Source: Dimorphilus gyrociliatus
Lineage: Eukaryota; Animalia; Annelida
NCBI GenBank assembly: GCA_904063045.1
Contig: CAJFCJ010000001.1
Span: forward strand, 1,736,001-1,800,000
Direction of reading: 5' to 3'
DNA: 64,000 nucleotides
Notes under the pieces: model-generated
Told to the model about the DNA's origin: nothing
Database searches by the model: none
What the model saw: the letters and a program-made list of their open reading frames with translations, nothing else
Part shown: one piece after another, positions 1 to 12,740 of the stretch
Numbering within the stretch: the first letter of the stretch is position 1
How the letters are laid out: each line of letters opens with the position of its first letter
Translations under genes and position numbers: made by a program

Positions 1-228
1 ATTAAATTGTATACCAGTTTACAATATTGCGAAGGACAAACGGAAACTCAAAATCTACAATCATAGGTTTTTCCTCTTAATTTAAAGTTTAACAGAGACA
101 AATAAATATAACTTTAGTGATAAATTTTGATTTTATATCTATTTTTAACTTTTGTTTTAATATTTGTTAAAAACCCATAGTATGATCATTTGAATAAGGC
201 AGAAAACTCAATTTTCGCTCACAGATCC

Positions 229-534
229 ATGCCATTTTATCGAAGTCAAACGATTCGAAAATTACTTGATTCTACTCCTGGTCGAAATACTTTTGGTGTC
301 TATCGATTTCTTCCTTTCTTCTTTATCTTAGGAGCTGCGTTGGAGTTTTCTATGATAAATTGGAGAGTGGGAGACGTAAATTTTTGTAAGTCATTAACCT
401 TTGAGAACGTTCTCTTACATTATATTATTGTTACTTATGAAAATCATAACGTTTCTTCAGATAGCGTATATAAGAAGAGAAAAGTTCACGAACTAGCTTT
501 AAAGCAACTAAAAGAAGAAGGGAAAATTGAGTAA
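229..534 (+). CDS. SMIM4: SMIM4/UQCC5 (sloth1) mitochondrial complex III assembly microprotein; exons 229-385 and 461-534
   Basis: MPFYRSQTIRKLLDSTPGRNTFGVYRFLPFFFILGAALEFSMINWRVGDVNF-YSVYKKRK matches the SMIM4 signature (FGIYRFLPFFFVLG...FYDVYRRK). A 75-nt in-frame GT-AG intron (386-460) explains the insertion in the ORF-track translation. Confidence 0.9.
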   Translation: MPFYRSQTIRKLLDSTPGRNTFGVYRFLPFFFILGAALEFSMINWRVGDVNFCKSLTFENVLLHYIIVTYENHNVSSDSVYKKRKVHELALKQLKEEGKIE

Positions 535-535
535 A

Positions 536-706
536 ATGCCGGCTGGAGTCCGAATGAGTGTTTATGTAAAATTTCTTTGCGCCTCCTTATTAAGTATGTT
601 TGCTGGATCTCAGGCTGTTCATGTTCTATACAAACCATTAGATAATATAAATCAATTGGTTGAAGATGAGAAACTAAATATACTAAAAGGTATAGACGAA
701 AAATAG
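536..706 (+). CDS. UQCC6: BRAWNIN/UQCC6 (C12orf73, sloth2) microprotein, 56 aa
   Basis: Manual translation MPAGVRMSVYVKFLCASLLSMFAGSQAVHVLYKPLDNINQLVEDEKLNILKGIDEK* matches the BRAWNIN N-terminus (MPAGVPMSTYLKMFAASLLAMCAGAEVVHRYYRP). Below the ORF-track cutoff. Confidence 0.9.
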   Translation: MPAGVRMSVYVKFLCASLLSMFAGSQAVHVLYKPLDNINQLVEDEKLNILKGIDEK

Positions 707-916
707 AAAATATAAATTGAGAAAACTTCGAATTTGAATTCATTAGAATGTATTTGATAATTAAATATTTTGAATTGTTTCTACTGATTAAATAGAATAT
801 CTCGGAATTATTTAAATAATATACTAAAAATAGTCCATAACCCACCGTAAATAATCAACTTGTATAGTTGCAATTTAATTATAAGTTCTTAATAGTTAGT
901 GTTTTTCTTGACAATA

Positions 917-3900
917 TCAACGAAATTGTGATGTACTTATTCTTAAGCCAATAGTGTCTTTGCCTATTTCAGTTGCCTGAAAGAAAAAGTACTGTTTGAA
1001 AAATATGCTTTTTTTCCTAGACTAAATGTACCTTCGTTATTCTACAAACTTGACCCTTAAACTCTGGTAGATAACATGCACCACTGAGTGGACATTTAAC
1101 AACTGGTTTTCCCTTATAGATGGGAGTAAAGCTAGCTCCACAAATATCAAAAGGATTATGTTCGTCGTACTTCAAATCCAAATTATCCGATGGATTCTTT
1201 TCACATACCATCATAATTTTCCTTGCTTGAACAGCAACTTCTTGTTTTGGCCCAAGTTCAAGTAATCTATTCGATTTAAAAGCTCCTTAAATTTATGAAA
1301 GAAATTCGAATTGTTACAAACCTCCTTGCAAAACTTGCTGCTGTCTTCAGGTTTTTCAATTTAAATGACAAATTTAATGCCGTTCTAAGAGTTAGAATTA
1401 AATGAATAGGTTGCAATTTACAATGAGTAAAATACGCAGCCATTTCACAATTTCTCTTCTGATCTTCAACACTTGTCTTCGGTAAATCTTTCCTTGCTTG
1501 CTCCATAGTTAAACCAATTATATATTCCCTACAAATTTCGATTAATTGTTGGGCTTCAGCGATTTCCTGTTTGTTTTCCACTACTAGTAGAGGAACACTG
1601 AGGAGAATGGACCTAAATTTCTCAATTGCATCAGCGAACTTGCCACTTGTTGTCAATTGATAAGCTGCTTGAAGCCTGTGAATAAGCTCTGCAAGTCTTA
1701 ACCCAGTTGCTGGTAGACCTTGCTTTAAACCTGCTTCTTTCCAGTTCCTATGGGGAAATCCGAAGAGTGGTTCCAGAGAAGGTGTTGCCTGGAAACACGT
1801 CCTAGACCTTGCATAAGTGTAAAGGAATAATTTTTTGTACTCAGTGAAGTCGACAACACCTATTTGGTCATGTAGTAATCTAGCGGCTGTTTCAAAAGAA
1901 CCGGCCAAAATGTGATCCACAGGTAATTGGGAATTATTGCACCAAATCTGGTTCTGGCTGACACCTTTAGTTGGAGGGACAAAGTAAGCGTTCTGCCCAG
2001 AACCAGCAAGTGCATCAGCTTCAGATATTTCCAAGTCTGCAGGCAGTTCAATATCATCGTCGCCCGCGTCCCAACCATCACCTTCTTCAGGAGCTTGTGC
2101 GTCAACGAACTCGTCATCTCCTTCATCACCCTCAAGGACAAGCTCAGCTTCATTTCCCCAACCAGGCTCCCCGCCATCGTCAACAATGCCCAAACCAATT
2201 GGTGCTCCTCCGTCGTATCCAGCTTGTTTGGCGGCCATTGCTCCTTCAAAGAACCCTCTAGAAATAGTTAAGAGAGGCCAATTCGTTTCATGTTGAGCTA
2301 TTGGAGGTGCAGGCTGCAAAAGCTGAGCGTTTTCAACGAGGTCAGGTAATTTGGTTTCTGTCTTTTCGAAATATGACTTCAACTGCTCCTCTTGATCTTT
2401 TAGTCCATGGGTAGCTGCAGTTACGTAAGCTAACGCATGACGATCACACTCCATCAAAACCTTGAATCGTTCTTGAACATCTCCCAAGAGCAGAGCATTT
2501 TGAAATTGAGCACTTCGATCTTTACGGATTTCAGCTATTTTAGTCATTTTCCTCAGTTTTTCCAAGTTTCCAGTTATGAGATAAAGGAAACTCAACTTAT
2601 CAAAAGATTTTGTTCGTTGGTAAGCCATTTCCACGATATGATGATTTCCCTGTAACAAAGCGGCCTCACCTAACTTCCTCCAGCAATCAGGATCATCAAG
2701 TGCTCTAGCACTATTCATTGCAGTTTCTAGCTGCCCGCATTCTAGAGCTAGACTGAATTTCGTTTTTTCATCTTTAACAAAATGAAGAGCTACTTCAGGA
2801 TATCCTTTTTGCTGCAAGTAGGCTATAATAGACTGTCCCACCAATTTTGCATTTCTAACCATATGCAGAACTTCGTCGTACTTTCTATTAATTAGAGCTA
2901 ACTTGAATTTGTATTCAGTGCAGTCAACGTTTAAAACTCTCGGTTTGCATTCTCTATCTAAGCAATAAACATTGTTTCCCTTTACTCTTGTAATGTATAT
3001 GGGAAGATCAAGGGTCCTTATAATTCCACTATCACCATTAAAAAGAATGTATTTTATGTGATTTGATGTTGTATAAACAAGAACCCCATCTTCATCCCAC
3101 GCAGCTGATTTTATTCTAACATTCTCTGTAATGGAACATAACAGATCAAGCCTCTTGGAACAAAGCGTCACTGTATATTTTCCAAGAAGAGCTACATGCG
3201 ACATGTCAGCAGACCAAACCACATATCTCAATTTAGGTGATTTCACTTGACCTAACTGACGCTTCTGTTGAACATCAAACAAAATAGCATTTTCGCCACT
3301 TTTCAAAAGCAGGCATCCAGTTCCAGCAAAGAATATGTTATCACATTCGACTTGAACTTTTTTAGTAACTTCATTGTTCAAATTTTTCACTACAATCGCT
3401 TGAGACCTATCTATAGTAGCAAATCTGTTTCTTGCAACCCAAACGGCAGAATTGCCAGAACTACGCTTGCAGTCAGGTGCATCAGGATTTTGTGTGTTGC
3501 AGTCTTTCGGAATGCTATAGAGGTCATAAACGCTTTTATCACTGGATGAACCTTTCGTTGTGAGGAGTACAGCATTTTCAGCAGGATTATAAGACATACT
3601 AGATATAGGAGATTTTAAGCCCCCTCTTAGTTCCATAAGTGGTAAATCTTTACTCGTTGTAAAATCTAGCTTTCGTAAATATTTATCTTTGACATAGAAT
3701 AGAATGTTTTGATGAACGGAAAATGCCGGTCTTTCCCTTTCTAACTTAAATAAAACCATTCCTGCGTCATGACCAGCTGCAAATAAGTTTAGGGTAGGGT
3801 GAGCAGCTAGAACCCAAAATCGATCGTTTTCTCTCCTGAAAGATTGAATAGCAGTTCTTTTGGACATATCCCACACTCTAATAGTTTTATCTTCAGCATT

Positions 3901-5362
3901 CGACAAAATTAAATCCATCCTAGGATGAAAAAGCACACAAGATACATTGTTGAAATGTCCTCGACAAGTATCTACTTCCCAAGCTCTTGAATCATTCATT
4001 CTCCATAGTTTAATAGATCTATCATCAGCCCCTGAGACAATTAGTGGCAAAGTTGGATGAAAAGCCACCCAGTTAACTCCTCTGTCATGACCTTCTAGTA
4101 CATGCTTTACAACTGCATCAGTTACTCCAAACAAATTGGCTTGATCTTGTCTCCTACCGTAATCACTCATGATTCCCGGAGAAACGTTCTTCTTTCTAAT
4201 AGCAGAAGTATCCCATACTCGAATCGTCTGATCGAGAGAGCAAGAAACAATGAGATCCTCAGTTGGATGAAATGCAGCACACATTACGTAATGACTATGA
4301 CCTGTTATTACTGTAACACATGATCTATTTTGCCAATTCCAAATACGAATTGTTTGATCATCAGAACAACTTAGAATCCACGGATACTCGTGGTGAAAAG
4401 TCGTCGTGCGAATGTAGTCGAGATGACCAGTTAAGGTGAAGAGACATCTTTTTAGTTTGTAATTCCATATTTTTATCTTGTAATCGTCTCCTCCCGAAAC
4501 GAAAAGAGGCTGCTGATTATGAAAGCAAAGCCCTCTAACCGGACCTGCAGAGTATTTTAGGGATTAAAACTGCATCAACTTCTAATGACAAAATTTTACC
4601 ATCATGCTCATCATATTTATCAATAAGTGTTGCCATTCGATAATCCCAAAGTTGAATGACTCCATTGTGCAGAGAAGCCAAAATCCAAGGTCTTTTCGGG
4701 TGAAAACATAAACCTAAGGAAATAAATAATCAATGGAGTATTGGTTTATTGGCGAAAATATAGAAACGATAAGTATGTTACATATTAGTTGAGTAGCTAA
4801 TATTTTGTTAATTATCTGTACAATTATGAATATTTATATTCATATAAATGATTTTGTGGATTAAACAGTTCAGAAACATATGAAATGATGTGCAATATAT
4901 ACACGTCAACTGCTGGAAAAAAGTACTTACGTATATCAATCGACAAAAAAAACACATTTAGTTTTAACTAACTAGTTTACATCAATTATTGACATATTTA
5001 GTATTTCGTGCTTGTGTTTAGGTAATCAAATTATACACAATAGGGTCAAACGCCTAGAAAAGTTATTTTCACTATATAGCCAAAAATGATTCTATCATTA
5101 TCTTCAAAACTGTCACAAAATGTTGTTTGCTAACACCTTAAACGAACGTGTCAGTTTAGGATTCAAAACCCATATTGGCTGGCTTTTAGTATTTATCCTA
5201 TTGTTATGAATACCAAGCAAATTTGAGAGATAGAGAGTACTATTATATATATATATATATGTAATTTTATGACATTATATAAAATTTCGAATTACATGTA
5301 TATCAAGAAGTATGTAACAAACCTTTTACTCGAGCGCTTTTCGATTCAAATTTTGTCAACAT
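917..5362 (-). CDS. COPA: Coatomer subunit alpha
   Basis: Exon 1 [14 protein letters not shown] (5362-5323), exon 2 from 4713 ([12 protein letters not shown]), giant exon 4544-1322 with WD40 repeats and coatomer domains, and terminal exons ending [10 protein letters not shown] at 917. Confidence 0.97.
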
Positions 5363-5935
5363 TTTCTGGTGATCATAAATTCTCCAAAGCGGCAAGAATT
5401 ACCACGATGTTCCGGAAATTTGAAAGCGGAAATGATTTAGCAGAATGTAAAAGATTATTTTTCGATTGGATATTTCATTTCTATTAAAGATGACGTGAAG
5501 AGGATTTTTAACGCCATCTGGTTGCCAATAATTTTTAACGAATTACTACTAGGTGTAAAAAGCAAAAATAGATGCCGTATAATCCACTAAATACTTTTGT
5601 AGATTTTGCGATAAATGTGGTGTAAAATCAATGCTTTTACTTGATATTTAAACGACAACAAAGATAATTGATATTCAGACATTTATTTACATAGTTATAT
5701 AGTGCAGACTATATCAACTTGTGCTAGAAACCTTAGGGAGTCAGAACCTTCATCTGAACAATCAATACAGTCTTTAGATACGATAACAACAAAAAGCGAA
5801 AACTGGTATGAAAGTAAAATTAGCAGATGGATTTTATTGTTTATGAAAAACTCTTATTTGAGTAAAAGCCAATAGAAATAAGACAACGTATTGATTATTG
5901 AAAAAGGGTAGTTTTTTCAGATTTAGAGCAAAAAA

Positions 5936-7626
5936 TATGTTTTGTTCCCTATATTTTCGGAAATTTTCCAAGCGGAGGTTATCTTTGATACTCATGACTG
6001 TTATAGTGTGTTGTATTCTACTAAATATTTTCGTTATTTTTCAACGAAATACCAATATAATATCTATAAAAGAACGACTTTTTAAGAAACTACAACTTGA
6101 AAGAGCATTTGTGAAGCCTACAAATAGTTTACAGTTATCTTCCATTCATTATATGGATAATTCGTTTCATAATGGAACCTTTGATAAAGAAACATTATCT
6201 CTCCTTGAAGATTGGGGTGTCACAAGCTACAAAGTATGCGACAAGTTCACAATATATGGAAGTAAATTTGCAATACTCAAAGATATCTTTATCAGTCTAC
6301 AATATGGTGAAGGAAGGAATGGAGGTAAGTGTTGATTTATTCTAATTATGTTATAAACTTAGATGCGAAAATATTAAATAAAGGAGAGACAATTGAGGAG
6401 ACGCTTAATCAGAGTGAGGAAAGTGAGTATTGGATCTTGGAACCTGGGTTTTTCTCGTTCACTGATAATCATTGTAAAGCTAGATTAGATAATGTAGCTT
6501 TTGAGCCCGAAGAAAGTCACCTAAATGTATGGCTCAGAGGCTTTCCAGGCCCAAGCTATGAACCTCAGAAAGAAAATATCGAAACATTCTCTAGAACAAC
6601 ACTTGTGGTTCAACGCTTCGAATACGCAAATCTTTATCATACAATGACAGATTGGTACAATTGTTTTTTGGCCCTGGAATTCTTCAATATTAGTCAGAAA
6701 GATGTAGACATTTTACTTTTAGACGGTCATCCAATTGGTAATTTGGATGTAACTTGGAATATACTTTTTCCAAACGTGAAGAGAATTAGTGAGTTACCCA
6801 AAGTTAGTCAGTTCAAGAAGTTGATATGGGTTGCTGAAGGTTACCAAAGTCCTATGAATCAACATGATAATGACAAAATCCCCTTATTTCAGGCAAGTAT
6901 CAGAACCTGTTATAATTTTAAATTTCATAACATAAGTCTTTTTTTTAACTATATCTAAAGTTAACCGCAGTGTTTTTTTTACTAAATCAGTGATTTGCTA
7001 TTGGGAAGGGATTTATAAAGTGGGAGCGATGTTTTTTTTCTTAATGTACATTATTTTATAGATCAATAAAATAAATATTGTTTTTTTAGGAGTTTACAAA
7101 ATTTTTCAAATCAAGCTTTAAACTGCAAGATAGGAAAAGAAATTGCAAGAAATTTAAAATCACTTTTATTTGGAGAAGAGATTATCGAGCTCATCCAAGG
7201 AATCCATCAGGACATATCCAAAGAAAAATACGTAATGAAAAGGAACTTATTAGGGTATTAACGAAAAGAAAAAGTAAATTTCATATTGCTGGCTTTCAAC
7301 TAGATAAATTTGATATGAAAACTCAAATGAAAATTATTAGCGGAACCGATCTACTAATGGGAATGCATGGAGCTGGTTTAACACATGCAGTATCTCTGCC
7401 AAGATTAGGAGGTCTTATTGAATTTGTACCCAGTTACTTTGGCTCAACGGCTACACATTTTGCAGCCATTGCCAGATGGAACAATTTATATTACGACACA
7501 TGGGCAAACAACAACGAGGCATTGGAATATCCCGGATTTTATACTTATATACCTGTTGGTGTGGCTTCATCTATGATAAATAAAGCCTATAGGAAAATTT
7601 GTCCAAATTCTGAGAATTCTCAATGA
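5936..7626 (+). CDS. Glycosyltransferase family 61, type II membrane protein, resembling plant N-glycan beta-1,2-xylosyltransferase; 3 exons (to 6324; 6384-6892; 7090-7626)
   Basis: N-terminal TM helix; motifs GRNGGGETIEE, RFEYANLYHTMTDWY, LLDGH, RRDYRAHPR and GMHGAGLTH. The second intron is GC-AG. Confidence 0.85.
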
Positions 7627-7821
7627 TAAAAAACAGTTTTTTCTATTGCTTTATACAAATTTTTTTAATACCGCTTTGATTGTTGATCTTTTGCGAATCT
7701 GTTTCATAAAATTGCTGAGTTAACGCATAAACGCATCGAAAATATAAATCTAATCGATGAAAATATAAATATTATGTATACTATTTATGTATAATAACTA
7801 TTTGACTTGCATAGTATTTAT

Positions 7822-9490
7822 TTACTGGTCATTAGAGAATATTGGCAATGCATTAGAATTCCAGTTGGATTGCCATTTAGGGTAATTTTTTAGGTTTTCT
7901 CTAAATTTGTTCAGTTTATTACATTTGCTAGGAAACCCTTCTAAGATCATCTGTTTATGAAAAAATTTAATTAGAATGATCGAAGGAATTGCAGAGTATT
8001 CAAAGAATGAACCTTAATTTGTTTAGCAAGCTCTTGATCAGTATCGAAAAGTAATCCGTTCGTATTCTCATGCACAAGTTCACCGATACAGTCGTATTTG
8101 ACAGCTAAAACTGGAACTTCGCACCCAAACATATCTAGAACTTTCATGGGTAAATCAAGATTGCTTGATGACATGTGTAAGCATATTCCTAGATCAGCTG
8201 AACCTATTAAAATTGGATAATCCTCCGGTTCTAACCAAGGAAATGACCATTGAACATTTTTAAATGGAAATTCTTTAATCAACTTTTTATATTTCTCTTT
8301 TTCAGGACCTTTACCAGTAACAACGCAAAACGCTTTAGGAAGGTTGCAATCTTTGTCGTATTCTAAAAGCAGATAGCATTACATGTTTTTAATGATAATT
8401 TATAGTCGACTCTTTGAATATTACCTTTCATAGCGTCAAATAATAATGAAAAATCTTCATCTGGAGTCCAACTGGTACTGCTAACAATTAATACAGGCCT
8501 ATCAGATTTCAATTCCACAATTCCTTCCTCATTAATCTTTGTAAATTTACTTTCATCCTTTCCTTCACTTAGATCAGTATACTTTAAGAAGACTTTATGC
8601 CAATCTTCAAGATTTGCTTTTCCAAAATTATCGAATGGCTTATCATAAAGAACTGTTGATCTTTTAAGTAGAAAAAAATATAAAATGTAATAGAATTGAA
8701 TATATAGAAAAATAAAAAAAAATCAACTTTATTCCCCATTTGTCGTTTAGAAATGTTTGCATTGCTTTTGTAACACAAATATTTCCATCCGAATATCTTC
8801 CTAAGATTTCTTCGTATTTCTTAGAGAATCTTACGAGAGGATGACGTTTGGACATATTTAATGCCATTATACTATAACCAAAATTATGCCAATCGATTAT
8901 TAGCTTTGTATTTTGTAGTTTGCATACTATTAAGCAAATTACTAAAGATGGTATGCATGGCGGATTTTGCATAAGCAAATGGGATGCTTTTTGTGAATGT
9001 AAGAGTGTGATGAAAAGTGTAATTGATTGCCAAACGACTTTCATAATGTAAGTAACTAGCCTTGGGAATTCTGTAAATATCTTGTTAGAAACTGATTAAT
9101 TGTAAAATATTAATAATGATAGACATACTATTAAAGAATTTTGGAACTGATAATAGCTTCTTAACTTGAATATTTGAATTATCACGTATCAAAGGGTGAA
9201 CATTCGAGCCTAGTTTGTCAATAGAATTAATATCCACAAATGAATATTATATTGAAGAATAATTTCCTCGAACCTTTGTAGCCAATTAAATCAACAGAAA
9301 ATTCATTTCGTGAAAGAGATATAGCATGATATTGAGTTCTTGGACTTCTTCCAATATCCCCTAGTACAACAACTCCAATTCTTTTATTCCCGGGATTGAA
9401 CCGTTTGCCAAATATCCAACCAATTTCAATGAAGATAAGAAAAAAAACAAGCCACGCAACTGTTTCAAACCAAACTGTTTCATTTGACAT
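7822..9490 (-). CDS. ALG1: Chitobiosyldiphosphodolichol beta-mannosyltransferase
   Basis: VVVLGDIGRSPRTQYHA, IIDWHNFGYSIM and ADLGICLHMSSSNLDLPMKVLDMFGC motifs across several exons; last exon ends ALPIFSNDQ* at 7822. Confidence 0.95.
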
Positions 9491-10172
9491 ATTTAATCAA
9501 ACAATTCAGAGATGTCCTTCAAGTATAAGCAGTCGCAAAAAATTTAAAAGAACGTTATTCAATCATTACCAAAAACCAGATGCGGTTGAGCGATAATATG
9601 CAAATTAAACAGCAGATTGCTTACACGAACTCAGTATACTCAGTAAACTTTTGGAGTTTTTAAACATGTTTGTTTATTTTTTTAGCTGTTGCATATTCAT
9701 CAGTACATGAATAAATTTAATAAGAGCAAAATATTCATATTATACAAATAATAAATAAATGCATATATTTCATTAAATATTAATGCTGTTGGTAGATAAT
9801 GAAAAAACATAAGCAATTAGATATAATAATTTGGCATAAAATAATAATTTAGTACAGAAACAACTTATAGTTATTTTTCAAAGTTTTTACACCGCACATA
9901 AAAAAAAGACATGTTAAATATCAAGTAAAACATTTATATTTATCTCCAGTAGTATTCTTTATAACATCTCACAAAATTTTAAGAAAGTCATAAACATTAA
10001 ATTGACTAGTTTACAATATAGAACAAAAGGTGAAAACGAATAAAGCAAGCACCAGTAGTATTATTTTTCTTTCTTTTGTTGACAATTTTCATTTACAAAC
10101 AAGTTTTACATTGAATATATAAAACCCTTTGAACTGATTTTATAAGCACGATTTAAGAAATAATTATATGAA

Positions 10173-10745
10173 TCATAAAGTGGGTAGAATTTTTCTCAAG
10201 GTTTGTAACTGCTCGAATTCACTTATTTTTATTCTCTGCATTTCATTTATATCTTCTAAATCGTTAGCCTTTTTTCTTAATTCGCTACTTTTACGTTTCA
10301 AGTTCTCTAGGCGAGTACCCTCTCGAGCTATATTTTTGCATAATTGTGACTTTTCTTCCTCTAAATTCTTTACCCTTGAGTTTAAAGCATAATAAAACGT
10401 TGAGGATTTTGGTCGAGGCATACTAAATAGAGGGTTAGCTGTACTGCGCCGTGATCTTCTTGTTTTCATTTCAACAGCTTCAGCTGTGGGAACTAAATTC
10501 AAGGCTCTGAGCCAGTCAATCTTTGTACTCTCTTCTAGGGAGTTGAAATCATCTTTGGACATATAGATGCTATTTTGATCTCCATTGTGATTCCTACGAC
10601 TCTTTCTTATCTTCTTTGCTGATGATAGGTCAACGCTTGTACATTTTTCATCCAACATTATTTTTGTAAAATTAGTTGATGACGAGTCGTTTGGGTGTGT
10701 TGAGGTGAATATCCAGACAGGAGGAGAATGAGAACGAGGTACCAA
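10173..10745 (-). CDS. Uncharacterised coiled-coil protein with a PHF21A/B (BHC80)-like RRSTANP segment and no PHD finger; 5' end uncertain
   Basis: 190-aa ORF. KIDWLRALNLV...KTRRSRRSTANPLFS resembles the recalled PHF21 segment KLAFMVSLGLV...RKRRTTANPVYS. C-terminal heptad repeats; splice acceptor at about 10756. Confidence 0.5.
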   Translation of the reverse strand: MVPRSHSPPVWIFTSTHPNDSSSTNFTKIMLDEKCTSVDLSSAKKIRKSRRNHNGDQNSIYMSKDDFNSLEESTKIDWLRALNLVPTAEAVEMKTRRSRRSTANPLFSMPRPKSSTFYYALNSRVKNLEEEKSQLCKNIAREGTRLENLKRKSSELRKKANDLEDINEMQRIKISEFEQLQTLRKILPTL

Positions 10746-12063
10746 TGGAGATTTCCTAGGCTAATAAATTCAATTGTTAGACTTATCGTTGAATAATTTA
10801 ATCGATAAAACATAACGAATTATTGACAAAAGAAAGAGCATCGATCTATAACTATGTTTAAAAGTAAACTATAATCACAATTAGTGAACAATTATACCTA
10901 GTAATAGAATGTTCATTTTATATCGAATTCTAAGGTGAGAAGTTCAACGAAAAAAATTGTTGGAAATTTAAAAAATTAAAACCTAACTTTAATCTAAACG
11001 AAAGAAAAAATATAAATATTGCCTAACATTGTTTAAGGAGCTCCGTAATTTCATACTTTATGAGAAGATGCCTAGAGGGGAAACAACTACATTATCGCTC
11101 ATACTTCGCCCAATAACCAGAATAAGATTTTTATCATAAGAAATATATGCATGAAAGTTTTAAAAAGAATATTAAATGGACTTTACATATAAATTAAAGT
11201 ATATAGATTAATGATTTAGGGTGTTTAAGCAAAAATTTACTTACCATTCTATAAAGCTAAGAGAGATTCAGGAAATGATAGCTTTACTTAATTATTTTAT
11301 AAATTTGAGAGATATTTACATGGCTGCTCCAACAATTTTATTAAAGCTTATAAAATCATATTAATCCTCTTAGATCGACAATCGAATTGATTAATTTAAG
11401 TTTTCCGATAAAAAATTATGTGTTTACAATACATTAATAAAAAAAAGGTAAAATAAAAACTTAAACATTTTAATTTTGCTCTTCACTTTTTCAAGATTTT
11501 ATTTACTTAATAAATCAAAATCTACATAGATTTTGTTATTTATAGTATTTAATTAGAAAAACAATATATTTTTTATTCCCCAAAATAGCTAATATTTGAT
11601 AAAAGGTGGACAACTAAAAACTCATAATATTAATAATATTGTACATAACTTGAAAAGGTTTATTAATTTATCATAAACTTTGATATTTTCTATATTATAT
11701 ATAACGATAAACTTTTAAACCTACATTTGTTATGTTAAATCTTAAGTTAAATAGATTTGTCGATAATAAAATCTTCATATAGAAACATTGTTTATGAAGA
11801 TAGATTATACTTTTTTTTAAATAAACTATACTAACTCTTACTTTTAGGTATTTAAATTTCGAGTAAGTAGAACAAGCACTTGTAACTACTTTTTTAGTTA
11901 CCTCTTATTATTCTTTTTAGTCTATTATCGAAGGTAATAGAATATATTATATGTAGTGAGTTCTTAACTTAGTCGTAACAGCGTATTATAGTACGCCTAA
12001 ATTTGAGCTCTATCTTTTAACAACAGCGTATTTTAGTAGTACCCAGCATCGGTACGAGACAAT

Positions 12064-12740
12064 ATGGCGACCAGGCAAGACGAGGGAGAATTTTATTTAC
12101 GTTATTATACTGGACATAAGGGTAAATTTGGTCATGAGTTTCTGGAATTTGAATTTAGACCAGATGGTGAGTGTAAATTTTCTAGATAAATTTCGTAAAA
12201 AGCTAGTATTAGTAGTGTTTGAAATATAACAATGGAACGTAGTAGTAACGATAACCGGCTTTACAGGCAAGCTTCGATACGCGAATAATTCCAACTATAA
12301 GAATGATACAATGATCAGAAAGGAGGTAAGATCCGTTTACTTGAATAAAAATACTTCTACTATATGGTCTCTTTTTATTTTAATTTTAAAGGCTTACGTT
12401 GGAAAAGCCGTTATGAATGAGTTGCGTAGGATAGTTGAAGATTCTGACATCATGCAAGATGATGACAATCTGTGGCCTACCCCCGATCGAGTTGGTCGAC
12501 AGGTAAATTATACAACTTACAGCTTATATTTATCATAATGGAGTGTTTTTTAAAAAGGAATTAGAAATAGTTAATGGAAATGATCATATATCCTTCACAA
12601 CCTCAAAGATTGGATCCCTCTTGGATGTTACACAAAGTAAAGATGCTGAAGGTCTTCGTAATTTTTACTATCTTGTTCAGGATATTAAATGCTTAGTGTT
12701 TTCGCTCATAGGTTTACATTTTAAGATTAAGCCTATTTAA
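12064..12740 (+). CDS. MAGOH: Mago nashi, exon junction complex core protein; 4 exons
   Basis: [26 protein letters not shown]...[11 protein letters not shown] with canonical GT-AG introns. Confidence 0.97.

Noticed and set aside
486-845. 119-aa minus-strand ORF
   Set aside because: Low-complexity antisense shadow of SMIM4/BRAWNIN and the UTR, with no recognisable motif.
1860-4323. Alternative-frame and antisense ORFs inside COPA
   Set aside because: Expected by-products of a long coding exon; similar shadows occur in ABCC, TOP1, CNOT1, the VWA gene and PRKCSH.
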